Assembly (NCBI GenBank): GCA_963754085.1
Contig: CAVWFA010000016.1
Location: 451,213-515,212, forward strand
Source: Candidatus Aminicenantes bacterium
Lineage (GTDB): Bacteria; Acidobacteriota; Aminicenantia; Aminicenantales; Saccharicenantaceae
Reading direction: 5' to 3'
DNA: 64,000 nucleotides
Shown here: in pieces, positions 38,325 to 46,618 of the stretch
Numbering within the stretch: the stretch's first letter is position 1
How the letters are laid out: each line of letters starts with the position of its first letter
The notes under the pieces: generated by a model
Database searches by the model: none
Told to the model about the DNA's origin: nothing
The model's input: the letters and a program-made list of their open reading frames with translations, nothing else
Program-made: the position numbers and the translations under genes

Positions 38325-38626
38325 CGGGAAAGATCGAACTGGGCCGGGCCTACCGCCCTTCCGACGATGTCGTCGTGCGGGAGATCGAGGGCGAGATCGT
38401 CATCGTGCCCCTGACCTCCGGCATCGGGGACCTCGAGGACGAGCTGCTGACCCTCAACGAGACGGGGCGCGCGATCTGGGCGCGCCTCGACGGCTCGCGG
38501 CCGCTGGCCGCGGTCGTCGCGGAGCTCGAGTCGGAATACGAGGACGCGGAGGGGGAAGTCCCGGTCGACGTCGTCGGCTTCATGCAGGAGCTCTATGACC
38601 GGCGGATGATCGTGGAGAAGAGCTGA
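38321..38626 (+). CDS. PqqD-family peptide chaperone (RiPP recognition element)
   Basis: 101 aa with an ATGA overlap. YRPSDDVVVREIEGEIVIVPL...LLTLNETGRAIWARLDGSRPLAAVVAELESEY...DVVGFMQELYDRRMIV. Confidence 0.8.
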   Translation: MTGKIELGRAYRPSDDVVVREIEGEIVIVPLTSGIGDLEDELLTLNETGRAIWARLDGSRPLAAVVAELESEYEDAEGEVPVDVVGFMQELYDRRMIVEKS

Positions 38627-38631
38627 AGAGC

Positions 38632-39129
38632 ATGGACAAGCCGGCCGGCGCGCGCGTCGTTCCCGGAGGGGAGATCGCCCTCGACGGGAACGATCTCGCG
38701 GGCTTGATGCGGGCGGTCCTCGAAAAGGGGAGGGCCTTCCGCTTCGAAGCCCGGGGGGCGAGCATGCACCCGGTCATCCGCGACGGGGACATCGTCACCG
38801 TCCGGCCCCTGGCCGGCCGCGGAACGAGGACGGGCGACGTCGTCGCTTTCGTCCATCCCGTCACGGGCGGGGTCCGGATCCACCGGGTCGTCGGGGCCGG
38901 CGAGACGGGCTACCTGCTCAAGGGCGATAACGCCCTCTGCGAGGACGGCGCCGTCGCTCGGGACGCCGTGCTGGGGCGGGTCGCGCGGATCGAGCGCGAG
39001 GGGCGGACCGTCCTCCTCGGACCGGCCCTCCGCTCCTCTCTCATCGCCCGGCTGTCGAGGACCGCCTGGTTCACCCGTCTCGCCCGGCGCCTCCGCCGGA
39101 CGCTCGGCCGCAGCGACAGGAGGACATGA
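38632..39129 (+). CDS. S26-family (Sec11/SipW-like) signal-peptidase-type serine protease
   Basis: 165 aa. The Ser motif is GASMHPVIRDGDIVTV and the Lys motif is YLLKGDNALCEDG. The C-terminal tail is basic and amphipathic. Confidence 0.7.
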   Translation: MDKPAGARVVPGGEIALDGNDLAGLMRAVLEKGRAFRFEARGASMHPVIRDGDIVTVRPLAGRGTRTGDVVAFVHPVTGGVRIHRVVGAGETGYLLKGDNALCEDGAVARDAVLGRVARIEREGRTVLLGPALRSSLIARLSRTAWFTRLARRLRRTLGRSDRRT

Positions 39130-39130
39130 G

Positions 39131-40258
39131 ATGGCCAAGGGATTCGTCGTCCGGCGGCCGCTTCCCGAGTTCGGCCTGTGGGAGAAGATGGCGGACGGCC
39201 GGGCCGTCTTCAGCTTCGACCTCGAAGCGACGGCCCGCTGCAACCTCGATTGCCGGCATTGCTACATCAACCGGCCGGCCGGCGACCGGGCGGCCCGGAA
39301 GCGCGAGCTCGGCGTCGACGAGATCGGCCGCATCGGCGCCGAGGCGGCGGCGCTGGGCGCCGTCTGGTGCCTCCTCACCGGCGGCGAGCCGCTTCTCCGG
39401 CCGGACTTCTTCGATCTCTACCAGGCCCTGCTCAGCAAGGGGCTGCTCATCTCCCTCTTCACCAACGCCACGCTCGTCAGCGACGAGCACGTCCGGTTCT
39501 TCAGGAAGTTCCCGCCGCGGGACATCGAGGTGACCGTCTACGGGGTGACCCGGGAGACCTACGAGCGGGTGACGCGCACGCCCGGGTCCTTCGACGCCTT
39601 CATGCGGGGGCTCGACCGGCTCCTCGCCGGGGGCATCACCGTCCGGCTCAAGGCCATGGCTTTGCGCTCGAACAAACACGAGCTCCCGGCCATCGGGGAT
39701 TTCTGCCGGGCCCGGACCAAGGACTACTACCGTTTCGACCCCCAGCTGCATCTCCGCTTCGACCGCGACGAGTCCCGGAACACCCTGATCCGGGCCGAGC
39801 GGCTCAGCCCCCGGGAGGTCGTCCGGCTGGAGCGGGCCGATCCCGAGCGCTTCGGGGCCCTGGAGGCCGCCTGCGACGAGATCCTTCCGGCCCCGGCCGC
39901 CGAAGGGGCGGGCGTCCCCGTATGCCGCCACATCTTCCGCTGCGGCGTCGGTCAGAGGAGCTTCGTCGTCGGGCCCGAGGGCCATCTGCGGCCGTGCCTG
40001 TCGCTGAGCCATCCGGATTTCCTCTACGACCTCAGGAAAGGCAGTCTGGCCGGCGCCTGGACCGGATTCCTGCCGAAGGTGCTGCGGCGGGAGTCCGACA
40101 GGCGGGAATACCTGGAGAAGTGCGGGCGGTGCCCGATCGTCAACTTGTGCCTCTGGTGCCCGGCCCACGCCTATCTGGAGACCGGGGAGCTCGATCTGCC
40201 GGTCGAGGACTTCTGCCGGGTGGCGGAAGCCCGGGCGGAGGGCCTAAAATCCGGTTGA
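39131..40258 (+). CDS. radical SAM/SPASM domain protein (third)
   Basis: 375 aa, starting 1 nt after the peptidase stop. Motifs are CNLDCRHC, TGGEPLLRPD and CGRCPIVNLCLWCPAHAYLE. Confidence 0.85.
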   Translation: MAKGFVVRRPLPEFGLWEKMADGRAVFSFDLEATARCNLDCRHCYINRPAGDRAARKRELGVDEIGRIGAEAAALGAVWCLLTGGEPLLRPDFFDLYQALLSKGLLISLFTNATLVSDEHVRFFRKFPPRDIEVTVYGVTRETYERVTRTPGSFDAFMRGLDRLLAGGITVRLKAMALRSNKHELPAIGDFCRARTKDYYRFDPQLHLRFDRDESRNTLIRAERLSPREVVRLERADPERFGALEAACDEILPAPAAEGAGVPVCRHIFRCGVGQRSFVVGPEGHLRPCLSLSHPDFLYDLRKGSLAGAWTGFLPKVLRRESDRREYLEKCGRCPIVNLCLWCPAHAYLETGELDLPVEDFCRVAEARAEGLKSG

Positions 40259-40283
40259 CTTTGCCGTTCGTTCGACTTAATAT
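40255..40283 (+). promoter_or_regulatory. putative sigma-70 promoter dedicated to the small Cys-rich ORF
   Basis: TTGACT-N17-TAATAT. The -35 overlaps the stop of the third rSAM gene. This is an AT-rich island in otherwise GC-rich DNA. GGAGGA lies 10 nt before the ATG at 40319. Confidence 0.55.
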
Positions 40284-40318
40284 ATTGTTAAGGAAGCGTT
40301 TATGGAGGATCTGAGGCC

Positions 40319-40501
40319 ATGAAAAAGAAGTGGCGAACGCCCGAGCTCATCGTTCTCTTCAAGGGGCGTCCGGAGGAGACCCTGCTGTGCCATTGCAAGC
40401 ACACGACGGCCCCGCCCGTGGCGCCCTATAACCACAAGGACAACTGCACGTCGAACCCCGTCTGTTGTTCGGCGTGCGTCGATATCCAGTACGCTTCCTG
40501 A
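40319..40501 (+). CDS. candidate RiPP precursor peptide (60 aa, 6 Cys)
   Basis: MKKKWRTPELIVLFKGRPEETLLCHCKHTTAPPVAPYNHKDNCTSNPVCCSACVDIQYAS. It has a strong SD and its own promoter, and sits immediately 3' of the rSAM/PqqD/peptidase operon. Cys residues are at positions 24, 26, 43, 49, 50 and 53. Confidence 0.65.
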   Translation: MKKKWRTPELIVLFKGRPEETLLCHCKHTTAPPVAPYNHKDNCTSNPVCCSACVDIQYAS

Positions 40502-40527
40502 CCGGGCGCCTGTCCCGGACCCGGGCA

Positions 40528-41043
40528 TCAGGTGATGCGGACCCCGCTCGTCTTCTCGATGGCCTCCTCGGCCGCCGCCCGGACATAGGGACTGGGGTCC
40601 TTTTTCAGCCGGACGAGGAGCCGGACGGCTTCCTCGCCGCCGATCTCGCCCAGCGCTTCCGCCGCCGCCCGCCGGACGTCGACGTTCGTGTCGCCGGCCG
40701 CCGCGCCGATCCCCGGCAGGGCTTCGCGAAGCCGCCGGAGCCCGATGACCGACAGGGCCGAGCTCCGGGCGTACCAAGGCGGCTGACGGAGGCGCCGGAC
40801 GGCCCAGTCGGCCCGCAGCGCCGGCCGCCCGCAGAGCCCCCGGACGACGAGCGCCCGGACGGCCTCGTTGGGATCGGCCAGCATCTCCCAGAGGAGCTCC
40901 TCGACCCAGGCCAGGCGGACCTTGACGCAGGCGGAGATGATCCGCTGTCTTTTTGTCTTGTCCGGGGTCAGGCCGAGCTTGAAGACAAAGGCCCGGCAAA
41001 CGGGGGAGAGGCTCGACTCGTCAGGGGGGCGGTGTTCGTCCAT
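40528..41043 (-). CDS. HEAT-repeat (PBS-lyase-like) protein
   Basis: 171 aa starting at MDEHRPPDES. Repeats include DPNEAVRALVVRGL, DTNVDVRRAAAEALGEIG and DPSPYVRAAAEEAI. It is the C-terminal part of track ORF 40528..42312. Confidence 0.6.
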   Translation of the reverse strand: MDEHRPPDESSLSPVCRAFVFKLGLTPDKTKRQRIISACVKVRLAWVEELLWEMLADPNEAVRALVVRGLCGRPALRADWAVRRLRQPPWYARSSALSVIGLRRLREALPGIGAAAGDTNVDVRRAAAEALGEIGGEEAVRLLVRLKKDPSPYVRAAAEEAIEKTSGVRIT

Positions 41044-41045
41044 CC

Positions 41046-42284
41046 TCAGACCAGGTCCAGGATGTGCCCCATCTTCTCTTTCTTGGTCTTCAGATAGCGC
41101 AAGTTGCAGGCGTTCGGCGGGACCTCGAGCGGCACGCGCTCGACGATCTCCAGGTTGTATCCGGCCAGGCCGACGAACTTCCGGGGATTGTTGGTGATGA
41201 GCCGCAGGCGGCGGACGCCGAGCGCGACCAGGATCTGGGCGCCGATGCCGTAGTCGCGATGGTCGGGCTTGAAGCCGAGCTGGCGGTTGGCTTCGACCGT
41301 GTCGGCGCCCTCGTCCTGCATGGCGTAGGCGCGGATCTTGTTGGCCAGGCCGATGCCCCGGCCTTCGTGGTTCAGGATGTAGAGGACGACGCCCCGTCCC
41401 TCCTTCTCGATCATCTCCATGGACAGCCGGAGCTGCTCGCCGCAGTCGCAGCGGGCCGAGCCGAAGGTGTCGCCGGTCAGGCACTGCGAGTGGGCCCGGA
41501 CGAGGGCCGGCTCGCCGCCGCCGACGTCGCCCTTGACCAGAGCGACGTGGTGATCGCCCCGGATCGTGTCCTCGTAGACGTGGATCCGGAAGTGGCCGTG
41601 CGAGGTCGGCAGGTCCGTCTCCTCGAGCTTGCGGACGTGCGTCTCGTGGTGCATGCGGTAACGGATGAGCTCCGCGATGGTCAGGATGGGGATGTCGAAG
41701 CGCCGGCTGATCTCCTCGAGCTGGGGCATGCGGGCCATGGAGCCGTCCTCGTTCATGACCTCGCAGATGACGCCGGCCGGCGTCAGGCCGGCCAGGCGGG
41801 CCAGGTCGACGGCGGCCTCGGTCTGTCCCGCCCGGCACAGGACTCCGCCTTCGACGGCCTGCAACGGAAAGACGTGACCCGGGCGGGCCAGGTCGTCCGG
41901 CTTCGTGGCCGGGTCGACCGCGGCCAGGATGGTCCGGGCCCGGTCGTGGGCCGAGATGCCGGTCGCCACGTCCTTCTTGGCGTCGATGGAAACGGTGAAG
42001 GCCGTCTGGAAGCGGGCCGTGTTCTCGCTGACCATGAGGGGGAGGTGGAGCTCGTCGAGCCGCTCCCGGGTGAGGGGCAGACAGATGAGCCCGCGGCCGT
42101 GGCGGGCCATGAAGTTGACGATCTCGGGGGTGACCTTTTCGGCGGCCACCATGAGATCGCCCTCGTTCTCGCGGTCCTCGTCGTCGACGATGACGATCAT
42201 CCGTCCGGCCCGGACGGCGTCCAGGGCCTGTTCGACGGGAACGGTCTTCTGTGCTTCGGTCATGGGAGCGATCGGGACAGCCAA
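41046..42284 (-). CDS. ribBA: bifunctional 3,4-dihydroxy-2-butanone-4-phosphate synthase / GTP cyclohydrolase II
   Basis: 412 aa with [14 protein letters not shown], then the C-terminal CDCGEQL and GRGIGLANK. Confidence 0.95.
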   Translation of the reverse strand: MAVPIAPMTEAQKTVPVEQALDAVRAGRMIVIVDDEDRENEGDLMVAAEKVTPEIVNFMARHGRGLICLPLTRERLDELHLPLMVSENTARFQTAFTVSIDAKKDVATGISAHDRARTILAAVDPATKPDDLARPGHVFPLQAVEGGVLCRAGQTEAAVDLARLAGLTPAGVICEVMNEDGSMARMPQLEEISRRFDIPILTIAELIRYRMHHETHVRKLEETDLPTSHGHFRIHVYEDTIRGDHHVALVKGDVGGGEPALVRAHSQCLTGDTFGSARCDCGEQLRLSMEMIEKEGRGVVLYILNHEGRGIGLANKIRAYAMQDEGADTVEANRQLGFKPDHRDYGIGAQILVALGVRRLRLITNNPRKFVGLAGYNLEIVERVPLEVPPNACNLRYLKTKKEKMGHILDLV

Positions 42285-42850
42285 TTATACAGGTATTTTC
42301 CGACCATGTCACACTCGAGGTTGACGCTCGCGCCGGGGCGCAGGGCGCCCAGGTTCGTCGCGGCGAGCGTCGTCGGGATGAGCTCGACTTCGAAAGAGGA
42401 CGGGCCGAGCGAGGCGATGGTCAGGCTGGCGCCGTCGACGGCGACCGACCCCTTGGGCACGAAGAACAAGCGAAGAGCGGCCGGGAAGGAGATGCCCAGC
42501 CTCTTTCCGGCCGGCCGCGAGGACGACCGGACGACCTTGCCGACGGCGTCGACGTGGCCGCTGACGAGGTGCCCGCCGAGCGGAGCGGCCAGGGTCAGGG
42601 GCAGCTCGAGGTTCAGCCGGTCGCCGGGCTTGAGCGCGCCGAGGGTCGTTTTGGCCAGGGTCTCGCGGGACAGATCGAACCGGAGGGCGTCCCGGTCCGC
42701 GCCCGTGAGCGTGAGGCAGACCCCGTTGACGGCGACGCTGTCGCCGGCCGCGAGCTTGCCCGCGAGCCCGGGGGCCTCGACGGCCAGCTCCGAGCGGCCT
42801 TTGCGGTAGCCGCGGAAGCGGCCTTGGTGGGAGATGATGCCGGTGAACAT
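42260..42850 (-). CDS. ribE: riboflavin synthase
   Basis: [12 protein letters not shown]...[12 protein letters not shown]...[11 protein letters not shown] (duplicated lumazine-binding repeat). It has an ATGA overlap with ribD. Confidence 0.9.
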   Translation of the reverse strand: MFTGIISHQGRFRGYRKGRSELAVEAPGLAGKLAAGDSVAVNGVCLTLTGADRDALRFDLSRETLAKTTLGALKPGDRLNLELPLTLAAPLGGHLVSGHVDAVGKVVRSSSRPAGKRLGISFPAALRLFFVPKGSVAVDGASLTIASLGPSSFEVELIPTTLAATNLGALRPGASVNLECDMVGKYLYNWLSRSLP

Positions 42851-43950
42851 CAGAAATATCCTTCCACGATGATATCGCTCCCGTTCGAGAACTCGCGCGT
42901 CCTGTTGAGCCGGACGGCCCCGGCCACGGCGGCCGCGCCCGCGCCGCCGACGAAGCCCGGCGCGGCGGCGCCGCCGACCAGCAGCGGCGCGAAGGTCAGG
43001 ACGGCCTTGTCGGCGAGCCCGCCTTCGACAAAGGACGTGAACAGGCGGCTGCCGCCTTCGACGAGCAGGGCCGAGATCTCGAGCCGGCCGAGCTCGGCCA
43101 GCACGCGGTCGAGGCGCCAGACCTTCGCCCCGCCGGGAGGGAGGAGGACTTCGACCCCGAGGGCCCGGAGGGCCCCGGCCTTCTCCGCCGGCGCCTCGCG
43201 GCCGGCGAAGACGACGATCCGGCCGCGGTCGAGCGTCGTGAGCAGCCGCGCGGCCGTGGGGAAGCGAAGGGAGGGATCGAGGACCGCCCGAAGGACCTTC
43301 TTCGCCGGCCAGTTCGCGTGGCGCACGGTGAGGAGCGGATCGTCGGCGACGAGCGTTCCCGCGCCGATCATGAGCGCGTCCTGTTCGCCCCGGAGGAGGT
43401 GCACGTAGTCGCGCGTCGCGGCCGAGGTGATCCACTTCGAGTCGCCCGTGCGGCAGGCGATCTTCCCGTCGAAGGTCAGGGCCGCCTTCAGGGTGACGAA
43501 GGGGACCTTCCGGACGATGAACTTGGCATAGGCCTCGTTGACGGCGGCGTTCCTCTCCGCGAGCAGCCCCACGGAGACGTCGAGCCCCGCCTCCTCGAGC
43601 CGGCGGATGCCCTTGCCGTGGACGATGGGATTGGGGTCGGCGGCGGAGACGACGATCCGGGCCAGTCCGGCGCCGAGGACCGTGTCGACGCACGGCGGCG
43701 TCCGGCCCCAGTGGACGCACGGCTCGAGGGTCAGATAGAGCGTCGCGCCCTTGGCCCGTTTCCCGGCCATGCCCAGGGCCAGGATCTCGGCGTGGGGCTG
43801 GCCCGGCTCGGCGTGATAGCCGTGGCCGACGACCGTCCCGTCGCGGACGACGACCGCCCCCACGAGCGGATTGGGGCTCGTCCGGCCGCGGGCCTTCTCG
43901 GCCAGCCCGTAAGCCATCTCCATCCAGCCGAGATCGCGCGCCGGCGTCAT
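42850..43950 (-). CDS. ribD: bifunctional riboflavin-biosynthesis deaminase/reductase
   Basis: 366 aa with HAEILAL and TLEPCVHWGRTPPC. Confidence 0.9.
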   Translation of the reverse strand: MTPARDLGWMEMAYGLAEKARGRTSPNPLVGAVVVRDGTVVGHGYHAEPGQPHAEILALGMAGKRAKGATLYLTLEPCVHWGRTPPCVDTVLGAGLARIVVSAADPNPIVHGKGIRRLEEAGLDVSVGLLAERNAAVNEAYAKFIVRKVPFVTLKAALTFDGKIACRTGDSKWITSAATRDYVHLLRGEQDALMIGAGTLVADDPLLTVRHANWPAKKVLRAVLDPSLRFPTAARLLTTLDRGRIVVFAGREAPAEKAGALRALGVEVLLPPGGAKVWRLDRVLAELGRLEISALLVEGGSRLFTSFVEGGLADKAVLTFAPLLVGGAAAPGFVGGAGAAAVAGAVRLNRTREFSNGSDIIVEGYF

Positions 43951-44837
43951 GACAGAAGCGCCTCCACGAACTCGCGGGGCGAGAAGTCGGCCAGGTCGTC
44001 CTCTCCTTCTCCGAGGCCGAGATACCGGATGGGCAGGCCGAGCTCGGCGGCGACGGCGATGGCCGCCCCGCCCTTGGCCGTGCCGTCGACCTTGGTCAGG
44101 AAGACGCCCGTCAGTCCCGAGAACTTCAGGAACTCGCGGGCCTGCTGGACGGCGTTCTGGCCGACCGTGGCGTCCAGGACGAGGAGGGCCTCGAACCGGG
44201 CGCCGGGGAGCTCCCGGGCGAGGACCCGCCGGACTTTTTCGAGCTCGTTCATGAGGTTGGTGTTGGTGTGGATGCGGCCGGCGGTGTCGACGAGCAGGAC
44301 CTCGCCCTGCTGGGCTTTGAACGACCGCGCGGCGTCGAAGACGACGGCCGCCGGGTCGGCCCCGTACGAGCCCTTAATGACCGGGACGCCGAGCTTCCCG
44401 CCCCAGAGCGCGAGCTGTTCCTGGGCCGCGGCCCGGAAGGTGTCGGCCGCCGCGAGCACGACCCGCCGTCCCTCGCGCTTGAAGCGGGCGGCGAGCTTTG
44501 CGGCCGACGTCGTCTTGCCGCCGCCGTTGACGCCGACCATGAGGATGACGGCCGGACCGTCCCCGCGCGCCGGCCCCGCGCCGGGAGGAGAGAGCAGGGC
44601 GATGAGCTCGTCTTTGAGGGCCCGCTCGAACCCGGCCTCGTCCCCGGCCTTGCCCGTCTTGGCCCGCAGCGCGGCGACGATCCTGCCGGCGGCCGGGACG
44701 CCGACGTCGGCAAGGAGGAGCGCCTCTTCGAGGCCGTCCAGGATCTCGTCCCTGCGCCGGCCGCTGCGGAACAGGTCCTCGACCCGGCGGAAGGCGTCCC
44801 GGGTCCGGGCCAGCTTTTCCCTCAGGCTTCCGAACAT
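43947..44837 (-). CDS. ftsY: signal recognition particle receptor FtsY
   Basis: 296 aa with GVNGGGKTTSAAKLA, DTAGR and TKVDGTAKGG. Confidence 0.9.
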   Translation of the reverse strand: MFGSLREKLARTRDAFRRVEDLFRSGRRRDEILDGLEEALLLADVGVPAAGRIVAALRAKTGKAGDEAGFERALKDELIALLSPPGAGPARGDGPAVILMVGVNGGGKTTSAAKLAARFKREGRRVVLAAADTFRAAAQEQLALWGGKLGVPVIKGSYGADPAAVVFDAARSFKAQQGEVLLVDTAGRIHTNTNLMNELEKVRRVLARELPGARFEALLVLDATVGQNAVQQAREFLKFSGLTGVFLTKVDGTAKGGAAIAVAAELGLPIRYLGLGEGEDDLADFSPREFVEALLS

Positions 44838-44846
44838 GGCCTTAAG

Positions 44847-44875
44847 ATTTTATTTATCAAGCGTTTAATTGTCAA
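44847..44875 (-). promoter_or_regulatory. putative sigma-70 promoter of ftsY (near-leaderless)
   Basis: Minus strand reads TTGACA-N17-TAAAAT. The -10 ends 9 nt before the ATG at 44837 and there is no SD sequence. Confidence 0.5.
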
Positions 44876-44922
44876 TGGCGGCCGTTGAGCGAGGCCGGTG
44901 ATTATGCTAGAGTGAGGGCGCC

Positions 44923-46614
44923 ATGAACCCCGCCGTCTGGGTCGTCCATCCGCCGCGCGCCGAGGCCGACGCGCTGGCCCAGGCTCTGGACCTCCCTCCG
45001 GCCATCGCCCGGGTCCTCGTCAACCGCAAGATCCTGACGGAGGAGGCCGCCCGGAAGTTCCTGTTCGGCGACCTCGACGGGCTCCACGATCCCTACCTGA
45101 TGAAGGATATGGACAAGGCCGTGGCCCGCGTCGAGACGGCGATCGCCCGGGGCGAGAAGATCCTCATCTTCGGCGATTACGATGTCGACGGCGTCCTTTC
45201 GACGGTCATGCTGAAGAAAGCCCTGACCACCCTGGGCGCCCAGGTCGACTACTTCATCCCGGAGCGCCTGACCGACGGCTACGGCATCAAGGACGATCAC
45301 GTCCGCATCCCGGTCGAGCGCGGCGCGTCCCTGGTCATCAGCGTGGACTGCGGCATCAAGTCCGTCGAGTTCACCGCCCGGGCCCGGGAACAGGGCATCG
45401 ACGTCATCATCACCGACCATCATCGTCCCGGCGACACGCTGCCCGCGGCGGCGGCCGTGCTCGATCCGGTCCTGCCGGATTCCGGCTATCCGGACGCGGG
45501 ACTGGCCGGCGTCGGTGTCACCTTCAAGCTCGTCCAGGCCCTGCTCGAGAAGGCCGGCCGTCCCGCCGGTCTGCCCCACTACATGAAGCTCGTCTCGATC
45601 GGCACGGTCGCCGACGTCGCCGAGCTCAAGGGCGAGAACCGGCTCTTCGTCAAGCTCGGTCTCAAGGGGCTGCGCGACGTCGCCAATCCCGGCCTGCGCA
45701 GCCTGATCGAGGCCTGCGGCCTCAGGAGCCGTAAGATCTCCGAGGGCGACCTCGGCTTCCGCCTCGGGCCCCGCATCAACGCCGCCGGCCGGATGGGCCA
45801 GACCGATCTCGCCGTCCGCCTCTTCTTCTCGGAGGATCCGGCCGAGACCCTGGCGCTCGTCCAGAAGCTCGACGACCTCAACGCCCAGCGGCAGAAGACG
45901 GAGGAGCGGATCTTCAACGAAGCCAAGGACCGGGTCGAGACGCGCGGGCTCGACAAGAAGTACAAGTGCCTCGTCCTGGGCAGCCCCGACTGGCACCGCG
46001 GCGTCATCGGCATCGTCGCCTCCAAGCTCAAGGACGCCTTCAACCGGCCGGTCGTTCTCTTCCACTACGAGGACGGCCAGGCCCACGGCTCGGGCCGGAG
46101 CATCTCCGAGGTCCCGCTGATCGATCTCCTGGAGGACTGCAAAGAGCACTTTCTGAGCTACGGCGGGCACCGGCTGGCCGTGGGCTGCACCCTCCCGACG
46201 GCCGGCCTGGCCGCGTTCCGGGCCGCGCTCAACCCGCTGGCCGACGCCCGCATCTCCGAGGACAACCTGAAGAAGAAGATCAAGATCGACGGGCCCCTCG
46301 CGTTCGCCGACATCGACGAGCGGTTCATGGGGGTCTTCGCGCTGCTCGTCCCGTTCGGCGTCGGCAATCCCAAGCCTCTGTTCATGGCCGACAACGTCGA
46401 GGTCATCAGCGACCCCCAGGTCCTGAAAGGCAAGCACCTGAAGTTCCTGGCCCGCCAGGACGGCCGGGTCCTCGAGGCCCTGGGCTGGGACAAGGCCGAT
46501 TGGCGCCACCTGATCCGCCGCGGCAGCCGGGTCAGCCTGGCCTTCTCGATCATGACCTCGGAATACCTCGGCGAACGGAGGGTCAACCTGTCCCTCGAAG
46601 ACCTGAGGACCTGA
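44923..46614 (+). CDS. recJ: single-stranded-DNA-specific exonuclease RecJ
   Basis: 563 aa with IFGDYDVDG, DCGI, ITDHHRPG and GGHRLAVG. Confidence 0.9.
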   Translation: MNPAVWVVHPPRAEADALAQALDLPPAIARVLVNRKILTEEAARKFLFGDLDGLHDPYLMKDMDKAVARVETAIARGEKILIFGDYDVDGVLSTVMLKKALTTLGAQVDYFIPERLTDGYGIKDDHVRIPVERGASLVISVDCGIKSVEFTARAREQGIDVIITDHHRPGDTLPAAAAVLDPVLPDSGYPDAGLAGVGVTFKLVQALLEKAGRPAGLPHYMKLVSIGTVADVAELKGENRLFVKLGLKGLRDVANPGLRSLIEACGLRSRKISEGDLGFRLGPRINAAGRMGQTDLAVRLFFSEDPAETLALVQKLDDLNAQRQKTEERIFNEAKDRVETRGLDKKYKCLVLGSPDWHRGVIGIVASKLKDAFNRPVVLFHYEDGQAHGSGRSISEVPLIDLLEDCKEHFLSYGGHRLAVGCTLPTAGLAAFRAALNPLADARISEDNLKKKIKIDGPLAFADIDERFMGVFALLVPFGVGNPKPLFMADNVEVISDPQVLKGKHLKFLARQDGRVLEALGWDKADWRHLIRRGSRVSLAFSIMTSEYLGERRVNLSLEDLRT

Positions 46615-46618
46615 GACG

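Noticed and set aside
40277-40999. Minus-strand ORFs (240 aa and 75 aa) overlapping the candidate precursor gene.
   Set aside because: They have Arg/Pro/Gly-rich shadow composition, and the 240-aa ORF is out of frame with the well-supported HEAT-repeat gene. The plus-strand 60-aa ORF has a promoter, an SD sequence and the context of the maturase operon.
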